A DNA stretch of 64,000 nt. It comes from a virus (taxonomy: Duplodnaviria; Caudoviricetes). The DNA lies in IMG/VR virus record IMGVR_UViG_3300028048_000002, positions 32,001 to 96,000 of that record. The stretch is one strand, 5' to 3'. Position 1 is the stretch's first letter; the number at the start of each line of letters is the position of its first letter. Of this stretch, positions 59,566-64,000 are shown one piece after another. A program made the translations under genes and the position numbers. The notes beneath the pieces were generated by a model. That model had not been told where the DNA came from. It searched no databases and saw nothing but the letters and a program-made list of their open reading frames with translations.

Positions 59566-60447
59566 TTAGTATCTTTCAAACATATCAACTAAGTAAGATT
59601 CAACATCATCGGAAACATACAAGCCTTGCTTCTCTAACATATCAATCATCTTATCTATACATTCATCTTCAAAATCCTCATCCCCAAGGTCTGTTGTATC
59701 ATTTATGTAAGAAACAACTTCATCTTTATGTTTTTCTGCGAATGCAATTGCTTCTTTATAATCTTCATCTCCGTTGAGAATATTCTCGAGGTAATCCTGG
59801 TAACGTTTTTTGAACTCAGTCTTATTTTTAGATTCGATAGCCATATCTATTGTGTCTTCGTTAAACGTTTGGTAATCGTAATTGGAAGCTAGTGTGCTGT
59901 CATCTTCACTCGAATAGAACCAGATACCTCCCCTCCCAGCTTGTATTGAGGGTTCTAGCCAAATTCCGAGAGCATTTTCAACTTCTTGCTGGATGGATTC
60001 GAGTTTTGAACCCGCATCTGTTTGCTTATAAAGGGAATCAATTCCATCTTCTGCTTCTCTTTGTAGCTGATTTACAAGTGATTTCCAGTTTAAACGTTTT
60101 TGTTTTGTGGGTTTTTCGAGGCCTTTACGGATCTTGCTCATCTGCTCCCAATCGTATTTTAGATCTGCGTACACAGAAACATCAAGACCTTTTTCAAGAC
60201 CCTCACGGATCTCCTCCATCTGCGCAGAATTAAATTTCGGATCTGCATACCAAGATACGTCAACACCTTTTTCAAGGCCTTCGCGAATCTCGCTCATCTG
60301 TGCCCAAATGTATTTTGGATCTGCGTATACAGATACGTCAACACCTTTTTCAAGGCCTTCGCGGATCTCGTTCATCTGATACTCATTAAATACACCCATG
60401 TTTGCATAATCTTCAATTGTTTTTGCTGCTTTTATGTATCTTTTCAT
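59566..60447 (-). CDS. MKRYIK-leader protein: 3 repeats, 'EPS-Q-G-GG' and 'NDTTDL' domains
   Basis: MKRYIKAAKTIEDY. Confidence 0.72.
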   Translation of the reverse strand: MKRYIKAAKTIEDYANMGVFNEYQMNEIREGLEKGVDVSVYADPKYIWAQMSEIREGLEKGVDVSWYADPKFNSAQMEEIREGLEKGLDVSVYADLKYDWEQMSKIRKGLEKPTKQKRLNWKSLVNQLQREAEDGIDSLYKQTDAGSKLESIQQEVENALGIWLEPSIQAGRGGIWFYSSEDDSTLASNYDYQTFNEDTIDMAIESKNKTEFKKRYQDYLENILNGDEDYKEAIAFAEKHKDEVVSYINDTTDLGDEDFEDECIDKMIDMLEKQGLYVSDDVESYLVDMFERY

Positions 60448-60492
60448 TTTTACTTATCCTTTTTATTTATTAAACCAAGCAATTTCATCTAG

Positions 60493-60873
60493 TTATGCAT
60501 AATCTTTTAAATAATATTTAGCTTCATCCCACTTCCTAATAGCTTTATCATATCCATATAGTAACCAATATCTGATAGCTTTCATTTTTCTCCAAGTATA
60601 TTTAGGATTCATATATTCTTCTACATCTACACCATCAATTAAACCCATACGAATCTGACCCATTTGTTTTGCATCAAATCTTGGATCTGCATATATATCA
60701 ACATCTACATTATCTGAAAGTCCTAATTTAATTTGATGCAATTGATCTTTTGTAAATCCTTGTTCTTCATATTCAGACATTATCATTTTATACCCAGCAG
60801 ATTTTTCTCTACTAGATAATTCTGGAAAAGGCTTATTCCAATTACGATAAGATGCTTTAACATATATTTTCAT
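60493..60873 (-). CDS. MKRYIK-leader protein with 2 diverged repeats
   Basis: MKIYVKAS; QIKLGLSDNVDVDIYADPRF. Confidence 0.65.
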   Translation of the reverse strand: MKIYVKASYRNWNKPFPELSSREKSAGYKMIMSEYEEQGFTKDQLHQIKLGLSDNVDVDIYADPRFDAKQMGQIRMGLIDGVDVEEYMNPKYTWRKMKAIRYWLLYGYDKAIRKWDEAKYYLKDYA

Positions 60874-60910
60874 ATAGTACCTTCTTCTATATATAGCATT
60901 TATTATACTG

Positions 60911-60939
60911 ATTGTAAGTTATAACACAATATAAGTCAA
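60911..60939 (-). promoter_or_regulatory. Sigma70-type promoter
   Basis: TTGACT-N17-TACAAT. Confidence 0.6.
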
Positions 60940-60955
60940 TACTAAACTAAAAAAT

Positions 60956-61438
60956 CTAATCTACTTCATTATCCGTACAGTAGTATATTCCATCAGAAGG
61001 AATTAATTCTTTTGCAATATCTTGATAAAGTGTAGAAGTAAGCCCATGCAGATCTCCAGCATTATCGCTATAATACTGAACTACTTCCTTCTTGAATGAT
61101 ACAAAACACATAGGATTAGATAATTCATCAAATTCAATGGTTTGAATATCTACAACAGCTGGATTCCCTTCAAAAGCTTTCTTTACTATTGAAGCTTTCC
61201 AGTTATCTAAATTTGCCGGAATTACATTAATTAATACTTCTACATTACCAAACTGCTTAGTCATAGGAAGCAACTGAGCAATAGCTTCAGCTTTAGAGGC
61301 ATTATCTACATAAACTTTTAAAATTAAATTATCATCATCAAACTCTACATTAACTTCAGGATCAACTCCAAACAAAGCATCAACTTGACGATAATATACC
61401 TCCCAAGGTGCAGAAAGACTTAGATTCTCATTAAACAT
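60956..61438 (-). CDS. Conserved-looking phage hypothetical protein
   Basis: LSAPW..LFGVDPEV..FGNV..FKKEVVQY. Confidence 0.6.
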   Translation of the reverse strand: MFNENLSLSAPWEVYYRQVDALFGVDPEVNVEFDDDNLILKVYVDNASKAEAIAQLLPMTKQFGNVEVLINVIPANLDNWKASIVKKAFEGNPAVVDIQTIEFDELSNPMCFVSFKKEVVQYYSDNAGDLHGLTSTLYQDIAKELIPSDGIYYCTDNEVD

Positions 61439-61470
61439 TGTTACTCCTATCTTATATTTTTGAAATTATT

Positions 61471-61707
61471 CTAGAGTCTATCATACACAGACTTTACGTG
61501 ACCATTTCGTATATACGATTTAGCCTGACCTATTAAAGCTTTAAAATAATCCATACACGATTCAGCAGCTTCATCTAAAGTTAGCCCATAATCCTCACAC
61601 AAATTTAATAAATTGCCTTCAATATCTTCTAGAAGGTCTTCTTCAGATAATAAATTTCTAGGATCAGTTTCTACATATCTTGTATTTGCAAAAACTTTTT
61701 TCTTCAT
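61471..61707 (-). CDS. Small acidic protein with a leader-like start
   Basis: MKKKVFAN; AAGGAG RBS. Confidence 0.55.
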   Translation of the reverse strand: MKKKVFANTRYVETDPRNLLSEEDLLEDIEGNLLNLCEDYGLTLDEAAESCMDYFKALIGQAKSYIRNGHVKSVYDRL

Positions 61708-61728
61708 AATAAACTCTCCTTAATAGTA

Positions 61729-62622
61729 TTATTCTGTAACAGCAGGTCCAATCGTAATGACTGGTCTTACACCATTAGATTCATTAGCTGATCTAGATCC
61801 TAATTGACCATATTCATTTATGCGATAAAATTGTGTATCCGAACGAATAGTTCTAAGCCAGAATCCTGTTCTGGATTCGGCTTCTGGCATTAACAATTGA
61901 GGATCAAATGCAAAAGCTGGAAATTGAGTGGAATCTGAACCTACTTCAAAATGCGGTCCCAAATGCACTCCCAAAATTTCAATAACTGAAGGGATACGAA
62001 TATCCCCACGATACCAGTCACCTGCAGTTGCCTCCCCACCACTTGAGGCAGAAGTTAGATAATGCTTAGAAGAAGATAAAGACATTCCACAGTTAAGATT
62101 AAGCAAATAACTAGAAATAGCTGAACTATAAGAATCTAAAAGAGCACTATAAATGGTAGTACCAACATACCCACTAGTTGTAGTGGAAAAAACATCATTC
62201 ATAGGTAACGTACCTATGGGTGCATCTGGCATTAATGTTATAGTATGTCTAGTTATAGGTGAAGAAATTTGAGATTGCCCTCTATTGAATTCTAAATCTA
62301 ATCCAACAATCGTATATTTTACTTCAGTTCTTGAATCTACAGTGCAGCTGTAAACTATGGTCTGGTCGATAACTTCAGAAGTAAGCTGGAATTTTGGAAA
62401 TCTAAAATAATCACCTACAAATACATCATTAAAAAGATTTGATGCATCTGTTAAAGAATCATATAGCCGAACTGTAGAATCACTAGAAATTAAATATGAT
62501 ACATCTTTTCTTCTATAGATAGAATTATGGGCTGCTGCAGTTTTTGGCATCCAAGGATTAATATCTTTAATAGCATTCCAGACTTTATTCAATCCGGGTT
62601 CATCTAAAAATCTTAAAGACAT
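61729..62622 (-). CDS. Fibre/adhesin with a C-terminal C-type-lectin-like (DUF6273-type) domain
   Basis: FLDEPGLNKVWNAIK anchor; FWLR..F..I...G....A...GVRP. Confidence 0.6.
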   Translation of the reverse strand: MSLRFLDEPGLNKVWNAIKDINPWMPKTAAAHNSIYRRKDVSYLISSDSTVRLYDSLTDASNLFNDVFVGDYFRFPKFQLTSEVIDQTIVYSCTVDSRTEVKYTIVGLDLEFNRGQSQISSPITRHTITLMPDAPIGTLPMNDVFSTTTSGYVGTTIYSALLDSYSSAISSYLLNLNCGMSLSSSKHYLTSASSGGEATAGDWYRGDIRIPSVIEILGVHLGPHFEVGSDSTQFPAFAFDPQLLMPEAESRTGFWLRTIRSDTQFYRINEYGQLGSRSANESNGVRPVITIGPAVTE

Positions 62623-62676
62623 AAATAATATACCTCCAGATACTATTGTTTCATTGATTTAAGTACAATGTCTGCC

Positions 62677-63858
62677 TTATGATGTACTTACATCTGTATA
62701 TTTACCAACATTTCCAGAACTTACAGGTTTTACTGCGCCGAAAGCTACCCAATTTACAGAAACAGAAACGTTATCGGTAGTTGAAGCATTATAAACTCTG
62801 ATCTTAAAACTAGAAGTAGAAGCAGAATGCACAGATATTGATAGCCCAGCACTAACTTTAGCTGCTTCCTCAGCAGAACCTCCGGACGCTGTACCAGAAA
62901 AACAAGCAAGAACAACAGGAGCAGCAGCATAAGTAGGTATATATGCTTTTCCTGTATATGATGTACTATTAATTGTTGTACCAACATCTGCTTGATTTGA
63001 AAACGTTACTGTTACATCTTTATATGTATTTTTATCTACATCTGAAACTGTAACGTTGCCATATCTAATACCAGCCAACTCCGGAAATAGAGGTACTGAT
63101 TGATAAAATGCAGTAGAATCTGAAACCCTATAAGTTCGTCTATGAACTCCAGGCCAACCTGAACCCTCTTTAGTTACAAATACACCTAGTTCATTAGTTG
63201 TTGAGTAATTATCATAGTAATTTGTTACAGACATACCAGAAAACGTAGGTCCAGATTTCTGTATTAATGTTCTAAATCGTCCTACCACATGATCTTCAGA
63301 ATCACGAGCCTCTATAATTATAGACTTATCAACATCATCCGTTATGCCGTTATAGATACTGGTAGATCCATCAGAAACTGTTCTAGCTTGTATATTAGCT
63401 TTTGAAGTATATCCAATAAGACTATGGCTAGCATTTTCAGCAGCATCTATTTTAGAAATTCTAGTAATCGTCCCAGAAGTTATCTTAGAAGCTGGTAACT
63501 CGGGTATCAAAGAAGTTGTAAAAACTCCAGAAGTTATCTTAGAAGCTGGTAAATTTGGAATTCTATTTATATTCAACGTACCGGATGTTATTTTAGAAGC
63601 ATCAAATCCTGAAGTTTCTAAAGATGCAATTCTTGCTTCAATACTAGAAATACTTAAAAGTTTATTTCCCTGTCTAATACCTAAAAACTGCGATTCTCCC
63701 GAAGCATTAGTAGACTGCACAATTAATGCATTATAAATTCCTCTAAATACTTCTTCAGAAGTTATTTTTTCATCAGAGTTAGAATCTAAAGACATTACCA
63801 CTTCAGCTAATTGCCTAGACGTAAATTCAATTTGATTCAACTCATCTTGTGTTGTCAT
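62677..63858 (-). CDS. Tail fibre with ASKITSG repeats and a C-terminal H-type-lectin-like domain
   Basis: IPxLPASKITSG repeats; VTF..YAAAPVV..FKIRVYN..VNWVAFG. Confidence 0.65.
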   Translation of the reverse strand: MTTQDELNQIEFTSRQLAEVVMSLDSNSDEKITSEEVFRGIYNALIVQSTNASGESQFLGIRQGNKLLSISSIEARIASLETSGFDASKITSGTLNINRIPNLPASKITSGVFTTSLIPELPASKITSGTITRISKIDAAENASHSLIGYTSKANIQARTVSDGSTSIYNGITDDVDKSIIIEARDSEDHVVGRFRTLIQKSGPTFSGMSVTNYYDNYSTTNELGVFVTKEGSGWPGVHRRTYRVSDSTAFYQSVPLFPELAGIRYGNVTVSDVDKNTYKDVTVTFSNQADVGTTINSTSYTGKAYIPTYAAAPVVLACFSGTASGGSAEEAAKVSAGLSISVHSASTSSFKIRVYNASTTDNVSVSVNWVAFGAVKPVSSGNVGKYTDVSTS

Positions 63859-63924
63859 AAAATACCTTCCATCAAGAACTACTATAGTATGATGGAAGGT
63901 TGGTGAAAGTTGATTTATGAAATA

Positions 63925-64000
63925 TTATAAATCTATATCATTATCTAGAATATTGGGATCTGGAGATTCTTCTTTATCCTGGAAGTGATCGGGGTATAAC
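63925..64000 (-). CDS. 3' end of a gene entering from beyond the window
   Basis: ..LYPDHFQDKEESPDPNILDNDIDL*. Confidence 0.4.
   Translation of the reverse strand, partial: LYPDHFQDKEESPDPNILDNDIDL

Noticed and set aside
49500-60400. Periodic 72-bp repeats (ggatctgc.tac..agatac) resembling a CRISPR array
   Set aside because: They are in-frame coding repeats of a 24-aa unit with synonymous variation, not identical repeats with unique spacers.
37468-60873. ATGAAAAGATATATTAAA as a DNA recombination (att-like) site
   Set aside because: Synonymous codon variation among copies points to peptide-level constraint, and no integrase is present in the window. Incidental use as microhomology cannot be excluded.
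1-64000. Stop-codon reassignment suggested by in-frame TGA/TAA at 14923, 14992, 37985 and 46711
   Set aside because: TAA, TAG and TGA all terminate well-supported genes, and long conserved genes (ligA, thyX, TMP) are uninterrupted in code 11; the lesions are sporadic and of mixed type.
1-64000. tRNA or rRNA genes
   Set aside because: No cloverleaf/T-loop signature recognised by eye in the intergenic gaps; tRNAscan-SE would be needed to exclude them formally.

Overview
A 64-kb, AT-rich segment of a large tailed phage genome, probably jumbo and myovirus-like. Nearly every gene is on the minus strand and the genetic code is standard. 1-9.2 kb is a baseplate/tail module with a tape measure protein and a tail-chaperone pair. 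9.2-19.9 kb holds small accessory and metabolic genes (CMP/dCMP-type deaminase, NAD-dependent ligase, ThyX) and a ~2-kb high-GC island. 19.9-37 kb is a large arsenal of fibre/adhesin genes, a GT2 glycosyltransferase, BspA-type LRR proteins and an endolysin; several fibre genes carry high-GC recombination patches. 37.4-61.7 kb is the most unusual part: at least 27 genes or pseudogenes for mostly unrelated, mostly acidic proteins that share the N-terminal peptide M-K-R-Y-I-K-[A/S]-[A/S], conserved at protein rather than DNA level. My best inference is a capsid-targeting/prohead-protease leader marking a large, fast-turning-over set of virion-packaged cargo proteins. Many of these genes and the structural genes share an upstream element (approx. 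AAYCTTNNAT), a candidate late promoter. In several cases it base-pairs with the gene's own Shine-Dalgarno. All function calls come from motif recognition by eye; no database searches were run.
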